Made by a program: the position numbers and the translations under genes. A model generated the notes under the pieces. It did no database searches. It saw only the letters and a list, made by a program, of their open reading frames with translations, and was not told the DNA's origin. From IMG/VR virus record IMGVR_UViG_3300024258_000005: a DNA stretch of 64,000 nucleotides. One strand, 5' to 3'. The stretch is from a virus. This document shows, piece after piece, positions 9,754 through 20,708 of this stretch (position 1 is its first letter; each line of letters begins with the position of its first letter).

Positions 9754-10548
9754 TCATGTTATTATTAATAGTTCTTTTAACAATTTTAATTGCTGATTAG
9801 TATAAAAATTTTGCGGATCTTTATTATTTTTTTTAGCATTACACTGTCTACATAATACAACAGCATTTGTTCTAGTTAATCCAAAACCTTTAGATAAAGG
9901 TTTATGGTGATCTATTTCTAAACCATCTTTCGTGTCACAATTAAAACATTTATGATCAAATAAATTAAAAGTATAATTAATATCAAATCTATTATAATTT
10001 TCATTAATATTTAATTTTAACTCTCGTCTATTATTATCTAATATTTTTTGAGTCAGTTTTCCTTTATTTGATTGTTTATACTTTAAACGAATTGTTTTAT
10101 AATTTTTAGGATCATTTTTTACATAATTATAATGTTTCTGTTTATATTTATCTGAATTAATTGCATAATCTATTTTATAATTTTTAGAATTATTTTTTTG
10201 AATTTTATCTTTATTTTTTATATAATATTCTTTGTTTTTTTCTTGAATTAATTTTTTATTTTTTAAATTTGATTTTTTAGATTGATTCAGAATCTTTTTT
10301 CGGTATTCAGAATCTTCGTTATACCTAATTTTTCTTTGTGTTATATATTTTTTACTATTTTTGTAATTATATAATTTTACACAATATTTGCACTTAGATT
10401 TAAGACCCAAATGTAATTTATCAGTAAAACCAAAATTACAGATAAGATGGTTAGTATCACAATGTTTACATTTTTTAAATATAGTATTTAACCACTTATC
10501 AGTGGTACTTCTAGACAAGTATATACCACTCAATACGTAATGAATCAT
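9754..10548 (-). mobile_element. Free-standing HNH homing endonuclease gene
   Basis: N-terminal CKHC...CKYC Zn finger, K-rich linker, C-terminal CFNC...LEIDHHKPLSKG...NAVVLCRQCNAKKN HNH motif; overlaps the upstream gene by 38 nt. Confidence 0.9.
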
Positions 10549-11323
10549 TGACTTCGAGCCATTTAGTTAGTGTTGTGAATCTAGCGAAACATCTATAGTT
10601 TGCTGAATATCTTGAAGTCTCAGTTCCTAGATCAGTTACAGCTGGAATACTGTAACCTTGAACATCTTCGTGTTCGATAGCATAAAGACCAGCTTCATTA
10701 AATGCAAAAGGTCCTAATTCATTCTCACCAACTTCTTTATAAAGTTCATCACTTCTAATAATCATTGTATATTTAATTGTAGTATATGCTTCAACATCTA
10801 TATCTTGACCATTAATTAGAATACTATGATTCTCTTTAACAATTTCAATACTACCCCCTTCGTCGCTTTGAATCTTTTTCATTCTACCATTATGTAAATA
10901 TTGGTATCTTAAATTTAAATTTGTTGACGTTTCTGTATCTAAAGAATTATCAGCAAACTTACCTGCATCCGCAAGATCTAAATCATTATCAAATGGACCA
11001 ATCTTATTTGGTTGTGCTGAAACATCTGCTCCACCTCTACCAACACCAAAATATCTAATTTTAAAATTAGTTAAATCGATATCAGATGGAGGCATTAAAC
11101 TTAATCCAGAAATATCTGCAAGTTTCTGAGCTAGGAACTCACGCCCAGAAAGTAATACTAAGTTTGGTGTTTCAAGAACTTTTCCGTCCTTATCACTAAT
11201 TACAACATAACCTCTCACTGGTTTGTCATAATGCTTTTTAACTTCGGCGTCTGTTAATTCAGCTTTTGATGTATCTACTGGAGTGAGAACTTTCTCATCC
11301 ACATGACTAATAGTTTTTATCAT
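10511..11323 (-). CDS. Baseplate/tail-fibre attachment-type structural protein
   Basis: NLVLLSGREFLAQKL...IRYFGVGRGG...FNEAGLY...FARFT pattern seen in phage baseplate/fibre-base proteins. Confidence 0.55.
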   Translation of the reverse strand: MIKTISHVDEKVLTPVDTSKAELTDAEVKKHYDKPVRGYVVISDKDGKVLETPNLVLLSGREFLAQKLADISGLSLMPPSDIDLTNFKIRYFGVGRGGADVSAQPNKIGPFDNDLDLADAGKFADNSLDTETSTNLNLRYQYLHNGRMKKIQSDEGGSIEIVKENHSILINGQDIDVEAYTTIKYTMIIRSDELYKEVGENELGPFAFNEAGLYAIEHEDVQGYSIPAVTDLGTETSRYSANYRCFARFTTLTKWLEVNDSLRIEWYILV

Positions 11324-11331
11324 TTTAATTC

Positions 11332-13956
11332 CTAAATTTTATTTCCATTTATATATGATGCATCGGCATCTTCAGTAAAGTTATGGATACCTGTTACATC
11401 ATTTACAATAACAATATTATAATTGTCATCTAAAGTTGTTTTACTTGAGTTATTTTCAGCTTCTAAATCTTTATGTATTTTATAAAGAATATTACCATCT
11501 AAATCATATGTATCATCAGCATTTTTAATAACCCAATAGTCAATAATTAACTGGCTATATAGAATTGTTTTATTGAGTGCATTTGTTTCAAACAATGTTT
11601 GATGTATACCCATATCATCTAAAGTACTATGTTCAGAAAAAGTATTATCTACTCTTACTTGATATGCAGCACTTGTACCACATGTAACTCGCTGCATCTT
11701 ATCTCTTATCACTTGAAGTAGTGAATCAGCATTCTGATAACTTAATTCTGCTTTGAAGAAATATTGTTGAAACATATCCATAACAGGATCAAAGAATTCT
11801 TCTTTGAATGTTGAACTTAATAGATATCTTTTAAATAAATCATTTACAAAATACGTTACAAAATTATCTTCCTTTACGGTTTCAACTAACATACGTTTAT
11901 AATTATTTAAGTATAAATCAATAAATTCACTTGGTGAGCTCATTGCTTCAATTGCTTGAACAACTCTAGGATATTTATCAACAAAGTTATTTTTTAAGAT
12001 ATCATACACAGATGAATTTAATCCAGTATACTCTTCATCATCCATAGCAATAAGATTAAACAATTCTTTTGTTGTAGTAGGAGTATATGTTTCATAAATA
12101 AACGTTACTTTTTCTAGCAGTAATTGATTAGCTATTCTATCAGCACTAGTGTGTGTATCATCATATAAAAGATCAGTTCTATAAAATTCTTCTAATCGTA
12201 CAAAGAATCCTTCAAACGTTTCTGGGACATTACCAGCTAAGTGTTCATGAAATTGTTCTATATTAAAAATCTTAGTAGTTTTTAGTTGATTAGATTGACC
12301 AAGTAAAGCATTTAATCTTCTTTTAAATTCTTGAAATGCTCCATGTTCATGTCTCATATCTTTATAGTATAAAATCAGATTATAAATTTCAATTAATTGA
12401 TCTTTTGGATAAAGTAGATATGTAAATTGTCGTTCTTGTATCTCATAATCACCATACTTCCAAGGTTGTCCAAGAAGAGCACTTTTAACTTCTAATTCTT
12501 TTAATCTAATAAATGTTAACATATCAACATACTCAGACATAGGCATCTTAACAACTAAACTACCTATCTTAAAAGTAAATATATCATCTTGTGTCTTAGT
12601 CATCGCAAACATTCTAACTAAGTCAGGAAGATATTCCATATTATCAACAGTATCACTTGTACCAAATTGGATATATAAAATATTAGTTATAATAGGAAAC
12701 ACATTCTTTGATTCTTGATTATAAACATCAGCGTCAAAATAATCTTGACGCTTCATTAAGTATTTACTAGTTCTAAGATTATCACCATATATTTCTGTTT
12801 GAATTGATAATGGATCATTTATTAAAACCGGTTCCAAAACATAAACTAATTGTTCTGGACTTCTATTATTACTATTAGCATTAAAGTGTACAGTTAAACT
12901 AGTTGTACCTGCGTCAATTACAAACTCATCAATAAAATCAAATTGTAATTTAACATTATCAGGTAATGTCCACAAAGGATCTAAATCATTATAAAATTCA
13001 ATTAAGTATTCTACTCTGTTTTCTGCTCTAACAATATTTGGTGTTATGGTATAAGTTAATGTATCATCAATAAATGAATTAATGTCAACTGTTCCATAAT
13101 TGCCTAGAATATCAAAAAGGCTGTCAACATAATACATCTTAAATAATGTAGGAGTACTATATTGAAAATATTGAGCGTCTGTTAATTCTAATGCATCATT
13201 ATATAAATCATAATGTTTTTGAGTAAATGTAATTTCTGTCTGACCTCTTTCAATAATAATATTATCTGAATGATCAAGTTTAAAATTTACAGCTCTTGGT
13301 AGCGTCCAGGTGTCTTCATCTAAAGGTCTTTCCTCCGGATAAAATTTAACAACATAAGTTACTTTGTTTAAATATTTATGAATTGTTGGATATACTTTAA
13401 AATTAATATCTATATCTTTATGAGTACTAACATTAATATTTTGTTCCATATATTCATCAGGAATTGAATGATCATTATTTAAATAGTATTTATTAACTAC
13501 TGTAGGTTGTTCATATTTAGATGTAATTTTACGTTGTTCAACTCGAACATTATAAAAATTTAAATCATGATAAAATTCACTTATAATATCATTAAAAATA
13601 TCATAAGTATTGTTACTTCCTTTTGTTTCAAATAATTGCTGTAACATGTACGCAGTTTTTGTTTTTAATAAATCTGGATAATTGTTACTTATTTTATTTG
13701 ATATACCAAATTGTTTAAATAAGTTATTGATAAATTTCTTTGACGGTTGTTGATTAACAAAATTTATTACCTCTTGTGGTTCAGTAACATATAAATCAAC
13801 AAGAAATTCATATAATAAACCTTTGATATCATCTTGATTATTATTTGTATTAAAAATAGGTGTATCTGTGATAATTTCAGAATATTCCATAAGGGAATTT
13901 TTAAGAAATTTTATATCAGGGGCATCGAGGGTATTCGAGACTGATACGTCAATCAT
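11332..13956 (-). CDS. Baseplate wedge-like structural protein, 874 aa
   Basis: N-terminal LFKQFG...LQQLFETKGS motif (gpI/gp7-like KG[ST]); position in the baseplate cluster. Confidence 0.55.
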   Translation of the reverse strand: MIDVSVSNTLDAPDIKFLKNSLMEYSEIITDTPIFNTNNNQDDIKGLLYEFLVDLYVTEPQEVINFVNQQPSKKFINNLFKQFGISNKISNNYPDLLKTKTAYMLQQLFETKGSNNTYDIFNDIISEFYHDLNFYNVRVEQRKITSKYEQPTVVNKYYLNNDHSIPDEYMEQNINVSTHKDIDINFKVYPTIHKYLNKVTYVVKFYPEERPLDEDTWTLPRAVNFKLDHSDNIIIERGQTEITFTQKHYDLYNDALELTDAQYFQYSTPTLFKMYYVDSLFDILGNYGTVDINSFIDDTLTYTITPNIVRAENRVEYLIEFYNDLDPLWTLPDNVKLQFDFIDEFVIDAGTTSLTVHFNANSNNRSPEQLVYVLEPVLINDPLSIQTEIYGDNLRTSKYLMKRQDYFDADVYNQESKNVFPIITNILYIQFGTSDTVDNMEYLPDLVRMFAMTKTQDDIFTFKIGSLVVKMPMSEYVDMLTFIRLKELEVKSALLGQPWKYGDYEIQERQFTYLLYPKDQLIEIYNLILYYKDMRHEHGAFQEFKRRLNALLGQSNQLKTTKIFNIEQFHEHLAGNVPETFEGFFVRLEEFYRTDLLYDDTHTSADRIANQLLLEKVTFIYETYTPTTTKELFNLIAMDDEEYTGLNSSVYDILKNNFVDKYPRVVQAIEAMSSPSEFIDLYLNNYKRMLVETVKEDNFVTYFVNDLFKRYLLSSTFKEEFFDPVMDMFQQYFFKAELSYQNADSLLQVIRDKMQRVTCGTSAAYQVRVDNTFSEHSTLDDMGIHQTLFETNALNKTILYSQLIIDYWVIKNADDTYDLDGNILYKIHKDLEAENNSSKTTLDDNYNIVIVNDVTGIHNFTEDADASYINGNKI

Positions 13957-13973
13957 TATATTCTCCTTTTGGG

Positions 13974-15041
13974 TTATGTTTGAGGTAATATATTACCATC
14001 TAAATCTCTAATTATATTTACAGCATCTTCTGTAAAAACTTGTTTTTGTGTAACTACTCCTGTTGTATCAGGATTTCCATCTAATGGTGATTGATAGTTT
14101 ATAAAGCTCCAATAAATTTCCTGAAGATCATATACTGTTTTCATTATAGGACTAATGAACATACCTGCAAATGGATCATATGGCACATTAGGATCAGGAA
14201 TATTTGGTGCAACATAAGTTGGATCAGGAATATAACAATCAATTTCTTCAATCTTTACAACAAGATCATTATTGTAAATAATACTTTGATCTATAATAAT
14301 TTTAGTTTTAAGCTTTACCTTATCATTTAAATAAAGTAATACCGAATTCAGTTTATCTTTTTGTGATTGACTTAATTCTGTTAATACACCATTAACATCT
14401 ACATAATCAGTATATAAACTTTGAACACAATCATAACCAGCATTAAAGTTATCTATCATTGAATTTCTACTTTCTAAAAGAGTAGCGTAATTTTCATATA
14501 AACTACTATCATAAAATTTGCGAAATTCTTTTACATAATAATAATGTTCAATAATGTTCATTTCATTTACGTCATCAATTGACCAGTTACTTGTTTCAAA
14601 TTGTATTTCATATATATTTAAATCTTTTACTGAGTGTACAAAATTAACTGTGTCAACATAAAAGAATTCATTTGTACTTCTATGTTGATAAAAATTAAAA
14701 ATATCTCCTGGTAATGGTTCAATAACAGCCATCATCGTTAATGTCCCACGAGTCTTACGTATTACACCTTGATTACTTTCATCATTCTCTGTTGTATAAT
14801 TTAATGGAGCGCTTTGAAGAACCGGGGTAAAATCGAATATATCATAACTTCTACCATAACCAGAAACATCAATAACATCGAGCTCATCATGAACTCCTTT
14901 AGTTAAAGGTATATTCTGTTTATAATATCGAATGCTTAAACTATTGATCGTTGAATTCAAAGCATAATGTTCTATCTTATTTAAATATTCAGCATATATA
15001 TCATATGCATACATATCTTGATGCAAAGTATCAGCATTCAT
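13974..15041 (-). CDS. Neck/head-completion protein (T4 gp14-like)
   Basis: IEPLPGDIFNFY...FFYVDTVNF resembles the gp14 P-x-x-GD-[LI]-[IF] motif. Confidence 0.5.
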   Translation of the reverse strand: MNADTLHQDMYAYDIYAEYLNKIEHYALNSTINSLSIRYYKQNIPLTKGVHDELDVIDVSGYGRSYDIFDFTPVLQSAPLNYTTENDESNQGVIRKTRGTLTMMAVIEPLPGDIFNFYQHRSTNEFFYVDTVNFVHSVKDLNIYEIQFETSNWSIDDVNEMNIIEHYYYVKEFRKFYDSSLYENYATLLESRNSMIDNFNAGYDCVQSLYTDYVDVNGVLTELSQSQKDKLNSVLLYLNDKVKLKTKIIIDQSIIYNNDLVVKIEEIDCYIPDPTYVAPNIPDPNVPYDPFAGMFISPIMKTVYDLQEIYWSFINYQSPLDGNPDTTGVVTQKQVFTEDAVNIIRDLDGNILPQT

Positions 15042-15054
15042 TTTAATCCTTTTT

Positions 15055-15876
15055 TTACTCTAACTTGAATTGTATTTCTTCTTCTTGAGCGATTGAAATT
15101 GTTACAGTAATTTGAACCCTTGTAACAATACCATCAGACTCTTCATTATAAACAATATCTACAAGACTAAAATCAGTATTATAAATATTTGTTAATGTTT
15201 GTGTAAAATCAGTTATCTCTTCTAGAATATTCTTCTGAGTAAAATAATTTGATTTTGTTTGAAGAGATTCTTTTATAGTGCTACCAAACTCACCAGAAAA
15301 AGGAATAGAACCTTTTCGTGTTCGAACGAATCTAGAAAACATTACACCTAAAAATTCAGACTTATCAGTTATCTTATTAAAATAACCAGAGTTTAAATTT
15401 GTATCAAATAGTGTTTCAGACGATTTAATAAATTTCTCAACACTTCTAAAGTTTCTATATTTAGAATAGAACCAATTGAGAACTAATTCATTAAAATTTT
15501 TAGTTGAAAACGCATCAATACTAATAGTGTTTTCTACATCAGTTGGAGCTCTACGAATAGCATCTACTAATATTTTTGTTACTAATTCTGATTCAACAAA
15601 AGAAGATAAAAATTTATTCTTATCTAAATACATTACACCATTATTAAATATAACATACTCATAATATTCGAAGAATATTAATCCTATTTCATTTTGTTGA
15701 GTCAGGATAAATGAATCTAATCTAATAGACTCACTAAAATGAATTCGATGATCTGCTAAATAGTTCATAAGTTTTTGCATCTTAATAACATCATTACGTG
15801 TTATAATTGTTTCATTATATGTTATTTTTTGAGCTTTTATATTAACTAAATCTTTTACAGATATATCTAAAAACAT
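15055..15876 (-). CDS. Baseplate protein with a C-terminal gp25/gpW-like domain
   Basis: TRKGSIPFSGEFGSTIKESL matches the gp25 T-x-x-G-x-x-P-x-x-x-x-FG motif. Confidence 0.7.
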   Translation of the reverse strand: MFLDISVKDLVNIKAQKITYNETIITRNDVIKMQKLMNYLADHRIHFSESIRLDSFILTQQNEIGLIFFEYYEYVIFNNGVMYLDKNKFLSSFVESELVTKILVDAIRRAPTDVENTISIDAFSTKNFNELVLNWFYSKYRNFRSVEKFIKSSETLFDTNLNSGYFNKITDKSEFLGVMFSRFVRTRKGSIPFSGEFGSTIKESLQTKSNYFTQKNILEEITDFTQTLTNIYNTDFSLVDIVYNEESDGIVTRVQITVTISIAQEEEIQFKLE

Positions 15877-15960
15877 TTATTTTCCTTTTTGCTTTCGCTT
15901 TTTATTCTTCTACATGTGGTTATCTCGAAATTCATAAAGAAGCCCTTTGACAAGCCTCAA

Positions 15961-16203
15961 CTAGAAACCTGATGCTTTGCTCATCCTTTCGGATTTATTA
16001 CTTGCTATTTTCTTTTGTGAGTCTATAAGAAAATCTCTCATATATATTGGCAAAGAAAAATATTCAGTAAACCCTAGAGTTAGCCCATCATATGCAACTG
16101 CACTTTGATAACGGACTAATTCGAATTCATAAATATTTGTATGGTCTTCACTAGTTGTAAACAGATAACGCTTTAAGAAAGAAGTCTTGTTCAGGATTAA
16201 CAT
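15961..16203 (-). CDS. Small baseplate/tail assembly chaperone part (gp51-like or frameshift extension of the upstream gene)
   Basis: YFSLPIYMRDFLID motif; overlaps the upstream ORF by 53 nt in the +1 frame; poor RBS. Confidence 0.5.
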   Translation of the reverse strand: MLILNKTSFLKRYLFTTSEDHTNIYEFELVRYQSAVAYDGLTLGFTEYFSLPIYMRDFLIDSQKKIASNKSERMSKASGF

Positions 16204-17092
16204 TATCCCATTTAAAATCTGGTTTTGAACAACCTAGATTACTACACTTAATATCTAAATAAAAACTTGGTGTAAATTCAACTAATGGTACAATAGTTTC
16301 ATCTGCTAATAATTTAGCTTGTAATTCCATTGGCATTTTTTGAATTGTAGGAATAACTTCTTTTACTTTATCACTTAGTTCAAAAAGCTCGCCTTCGTTT
16401 AGAATTTCTATTCTTTTAATATAAACAGAAAATAATTCGATTGCACTAAGTACATCACCCACTTCTTCAATGTCATCACGCATATCAGAATTTTCTTTAC
16501 TTGTTATTATTTGAATTCTTTCTGTTTCAGTTGGCATACCATAAAATACAGTAAATCCTGGAACTATCTCAGAAGCTAATTCATAGCTTTCAAAACCTAT
16601 TTCATTATCCCAAGTTTTACTAATTGTATCGGGATGCATTAATGATAATGGTTCAGGTGAATGTGTATCTGCTGTTCCACATGCTGGACATTTAATCATC
16701 TTTTCTGGTAGCTTAGCAAACGTTGCATCAAGTAATGCAAATGTCATCATAGCTTTATCAGGTGGTGTTAAATGATCTTCAAAATCTTCAACAGAATCAA
16801 ACTTTAATCCTTCAAAACGGGCATGTGCAAATATTACACGATTAAACGATTTTACAAATTCAGCACCTGATGCTTTCATTGTTCTAAGTCTAAGTTCTTC
16901 ACTTCCATTAACTGGTTGAATAAAAACCTTTGTGCCTAAAATTGGTAAATCAATTTCTACTTCTCGCGTCCCTGCTAAGTTAGCTAGAGCGGATAATGCT
17001 CCTTCTAAGTTTGCAACTTTTTTTACTGTTTTTACTGGCTGTGCAACTTCAGCTGATGCTGTTTGTTGTGCCACTGGTATTTCATCTAACAT
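16151..17092 (-). CDS. Baseplate hub/tail assembly chaperone (T4 gp26-like) with Zn finger
   Basis: LPILGTKVFIQP...E-x-x-L, LTPPDK, CPACG and CSNLGC motifs. Confidence 0.65.
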   Translation of the reverse strand: MLDEIPVAQQTASAEVAQPVKTVKKVANLEGALSALANLAGTREVEIDLPILGTKVFIQPVNGSEELRLRTMKASGAEFVKSFNRVIFAHARFEGLKFDSVEDFEDHLTPPDKAMMTFALLDATFAKLPEKMIKCPACGTADTHSPEPLSLMHPDTISKTWDNEIGFESYELASEIVPGFTVFYGMPTETERIQIITSKENSDMRDDIEEVGDVLSAIELFSVYIKRIEILNEGELFELSDKVKEVIPTIQKMPMELQAKLLADETIVPLVEFTPSFYLDIKCSNLGCSKPDFKWDNVNPEQDFFLKALSVYN

Positions 17093-17113
17093 TTTTGTAT
17101 CCTTTTATATATC

Positions 17114-17122
17114 TATTTGTTA
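17114..17122 (-). promoter_or_regulatory. Candidate late promoter TAACAAATA for the baseplate operon
   Basis: ~22 nt upstream of ATG 17092. Confidence 0.55.
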
Positions 17123-17147
17123 CTAATCATTACAATCTACTATTATT

Positions 17148-17160
17148 ATTTCTATGTTAA
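17148..17160 (-). promoter_or_regulatory. Candidate class-2 promoter motif TTAACATAGAAAT
   Basis: Identical to the copy at 20629-20641. Confidence 0.45.
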
Positions 17161-17167
17161 TATATTT

Positions 17168-17278
17168 TTATCTTTATAGATAATACTGTCTAAAATTTTC
17201 TATCTTTTGGGGTAATTTTTTTAGTTAACTATATCAAACACTAAGTGGCAAAATATCGCCATTATTATCTTTAAAGAT
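17168..17278. repeat. Dispersed intergenic element copy 1 (TATCTTTTGGGGTAA box plus ATCTTTAAAGAT palindrome)
   Basis: 17168-17217 nearly identical to 36984-37027 apart from a 6-nt indel; box at 17201-17215; palindrome at 17267-17278. Confidence 0.85.
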
Positions 17279-17304
17279 CGTTTTTTAAAAAATCTCGAAT
17301 TTTT

Positions 17305-18819
17305 TTAAGATAAATAATTTTTTATAAAACTCATGTTACCTGAGTCATATATAACTCGATATTTATTTTCTATCATATTTTGAATCTCTGTTTTTTCAGA
17401 ATCAAAAGTATCCAAAAGGGCTTCTAATTTATGCTTTTGAAATTTTATTCTTGAATATAATTCATTATTTTTAAAATAAAAATAATTAGGATTTGATATT
17501 GTATTATGTTTAAAATTTAATGTTTTATACAAATTACCATTACTCCATCTCCTATTAGCATATGAAATTAATATGTCTGGTTTATAATGTATCTCGAAGT
17601 ATTTTAATAATTTACTTGCAGCTCCTGGTACCTGAAGATTTAATTTTGAACAAAATCTAATTAATTCAAAACTAATATTTTTATCATATCTACTTTTACC
17701 AAAAGTCATAACAGATACCAATTCATCTGTTGCGTTACTAAATAATCCTAATTGTATAGAACTTTGACATTTACCTTGTAAATGGTTTTCATCTAAAAAA
17801 TTATTAGTTAAAGAATTATCAATCTCTTTAATATAACATTCTCTTGCTCCGATTTTAAATTCAACTTTTCCTAAAGCATTTCTTATTTGACTTTTCCAAA
17901 TTTCTTTTTTCTTTTCCCATTCATTTTCAAATATATGAAACAATTGATAACCTTTTGATTCACAAGCTACTGTTTTTTTAATATGTCTGTTTTTATTATA
18001 ATTTAAATTATTTTGTTTATCATTAACGTTATTTAAACCATAACTATGCCAATATAAACCGTTAAATTCAATTGCAACCTTATAATCAGGTATTAATATA
18101 TCAAGCTCTAGAGGAGATATAAGAGTCCTATCACTTTGCTTAATATCTAATCCTAAAGATTCTACAAAATCCGCAACCTCTTTTTCAGGACTTGATATTA
18201 AACCATTAGTGTATACAATATTAAGATATTGCATTCTTTTGTTAATATTAGATTTAGAAATATTAAAATGCAAAACCATTTTATCGATATCAAGTATATT
18301 ATTTGTAATAAAATTTTTTATAATATATTGTTTATTGTAATCTTTTATATTTGTAAAATGTTTATATGTACTTGAGACAGCCCCATATTTTAATATACAT
18401 GTTTCTTTTACTTTTTTTTGAACTACTGGAACTTGCATATGATTATCAACCCCATATTTCTTTCGACATGTATTTTTAGTTTTCTTATTTTTAGTTATCT
18501 TTTTTTCTTCTGTCCAACTTTTTGATATTTGTTTTCTTAAAACTGAATCTTTATTTCTGCATGTGATTGAACAATATTGTCTAAATAAATTCTTTTCATT
18601 ATCAAATTTTGTATGATTTTTACAATCAATAGAACGACATTCTATATGTGATTTATTCATAACATATAAGTAAATTCTAGCTTTATCTGAATATACATCA
18701 TATGTTGTTTCTAATATTAGATCCCATATAGGAAGATCTAATATTTTTTTATTATTAGAACGTAATTTTAATGGGTCTTTCGATTTTATATATGGTGCTA
18801 TTGTTGTTATATCATTCAA
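17305..18819 (-). mobile_element. Hef-like free-standing endonuclease gene 1 (TTG start)
   Basis: Zn-finger/KETCILKYG N-terminus, AIEFNGLYWHS nuclease motif, HIFENEW, C-terminal ELIRFCSKL...GAASKLL...ISYANRRWS domain. Confidence 0.8.
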
Positions 18820-18855
18820 TTTTTTTCCTTTTCTAACGATTCCTATACAGTTTTA

Positions 18856-18868
18856 ATTTCTATGTTAT
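18856..18868 (-). promoter_or_regulatory. Candidate class-2 promoter motif (TAACATAGAAAT) for endonuclease 1
   Basis: ~37 nt upstream of the TTG start at 18819. Confidence 0.45.
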
Positions 18869-18901
18869 TAACAAACAATCCATATGGATTGTTTGTTAAT
18901 A
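18866..18901. repeat. 36-bp perfect palindrome (possible terminator)
   Basis: TATTAACAAACAATCCAT|ATGGATTGTTTGTTAATA. Confidence 0.9.
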
Positions 18902-18953
18902 TATTATACACTAAGGGGTAAATTTTGAGCATTATTGTCTTTATCAAATATTT

Positions 18954-20591
18954 TTAATAACTTTTGATAAAACTTAAATTTCCAGCGTCATATATAGATC
19001 TATACCCGTCTTCGATCATATTCTGCATTTCTGTTTTTAATGGATCAAAAACTTCCAATTGTTTTTCTAATTTATGTTTCTGGAATTTTACACGTGAATA
19101 TAATATATCATTATTTTTAAAATAAAAATAATTGGGGTTAGATATTGTATTAACTTTAAAATTTAAAGTCTTATATAAATGACCAGTACTCCACCGTCTA
19201 TTTGCATAACTAATTAAACCATTAGGTTTATAATTTATTTCAAAATGTTTTAATAATTTACTTGCAGCTCCTGGTACTTGTAGATTTAATTTTGAACAAA
19301 ATCTAATTAATTCGAAATCAATATTCTTATTGAATCTACTTTTCCCAAAAGTCATAACAGAAACCAATTCATCCGTTACTTTACTAAACAATCCTAATCT
19401 AATAGAGCTTTGACATTTACCTTGTAAATGATTAATATCCAAAAAATTATTAGTTAAAGAATTATCAATCTCTTTGATGTAACATTCTCTTGCACCTAAA
19501 CGATATTTACATTTTCCTAAAGCATTTCTTATTTGACTTTTCCAAATATTTTTCTTATTATCCCATTCATTTTCAAATATATGAAACAATTGAAAATTTT
19601 TATTTTCACATGCTTCTGTTTTTTTAACATGTCTATTTTTATTATATTTAAGATCTCCTTGATTATAATTAGTGTTATTTAAACCATAACTATGCCAATA
19701 TAAACCGTTAAACTCAATAGCAATATTATGATCAGGTATTATTATATCAAGCTCTAGAGGAGATATAAGAGTCCTATCACTCTGTTTAATATCAACATCT
19801 AAACTTTTAATAAAATCAGCAACTTCTTGTTCTGCTCTTGATATACCATTTTTAGATTTAAAATCTATGTTATTTAATTTCAAAAAATTATATGCTGTTA
19901 TTTTATTAATATTAAAATATTCACAAAACTTTAGAAGATTAATAGTCTCATCTGGTAAAATAAAATGTTTTTTTATATATGCTTTATTGTAATTGTTATA
20001 ATTTGTAATATTTAACTGTTGATGATGTCGGTCTTTATAAACATGTGGAACTTTATTATTTCTATGTAAATTTTTTATTTGATTTTGATTAGTTACTCCA
20101 TACTTATTAAATATTGTTTTTTGTAGCTTCTGTTGTCGTATACTGTGTTTATCATCGTGAACACAATCACAAAAAGTATTAAAAAAATTAGTGCTCTTAT
20201 TAAAGGTTTTCGTATTAAAACAATTTGAAGATTCACAAATTAATTCTTGTTCTGATAAATCATAAACTAAGATAAACATTCGAACAAGTATACTTCCTTT
20301 AAAAAATTTCGTATCTTCTAATATTTTGTCATAAATGATATCATCTTGTAATTTTTTTAGATTTATAAGTTGTCCATCTTTTCGTATATATTCAGTTAAA
20401 TTATATTTTTCAATTAAAACTAAATTTCTTTTAATCTTTAGTTTTCTTAATTCAATTTTAATAGAAATTAATTCTTCTTTATTTTTTTCAATCTCTATTA
20501 AAATTGAAGAATTTTTCTGTTTTTTGTCTTGCAATTTCAATAATTGAATTTTTCTTTTAATCTCTATATATTTTTTATATAATAATAACAT
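18954..20591 (-). mobile_element. Hef-like free-standing endonuclease gene 2
   Basis: Same C-terminal ~300 aa as gene 1 (AIEFNGLYWHS, GAASKLL, ISYANRRWS); different N-terminus. Confidence 0.8.
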
Positions 20592-20628
20592 ACTTTTTTC
20601 CTTTTTGAATAACGTATAGTGGCTTATA

Positions 20629-20641
20629 ATTTCTATGTTAA
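20629..20641 (-). promoter_or_regulatory. Candidate class-2 promoter motif TTAACATAGAAAT for endonuclease 2
   Basis: ~38 nt upstream of ATG 20591. Confidence 0.45.
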
Positions 20642-20674
20642 TAATATATTATCAATTAAGATAATATATTATTA

Positions 20675-20704
20675 ATTATAGTATTAGAATTCTAATACTA
20701 TAAT
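20675..20704. terminator. 30-bp perfect palindrome right after the MCP stop (probable terminator)
   Basis: ATTATAGTATTAGAA|TTCTAATACTATAAT, 4 nt after TAA at 20709. Confidence 0.65.
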
Positions 20705-20708
20705 GTTA

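Noticed and set aside
9640-10548. HNH gene as part of a group I intron
   Set aside because: Flanking genes look complete (the upstream gene ends cleanly; the sheath has its own RBS, start and promoter motif) and there is no room for a ribozyme core.
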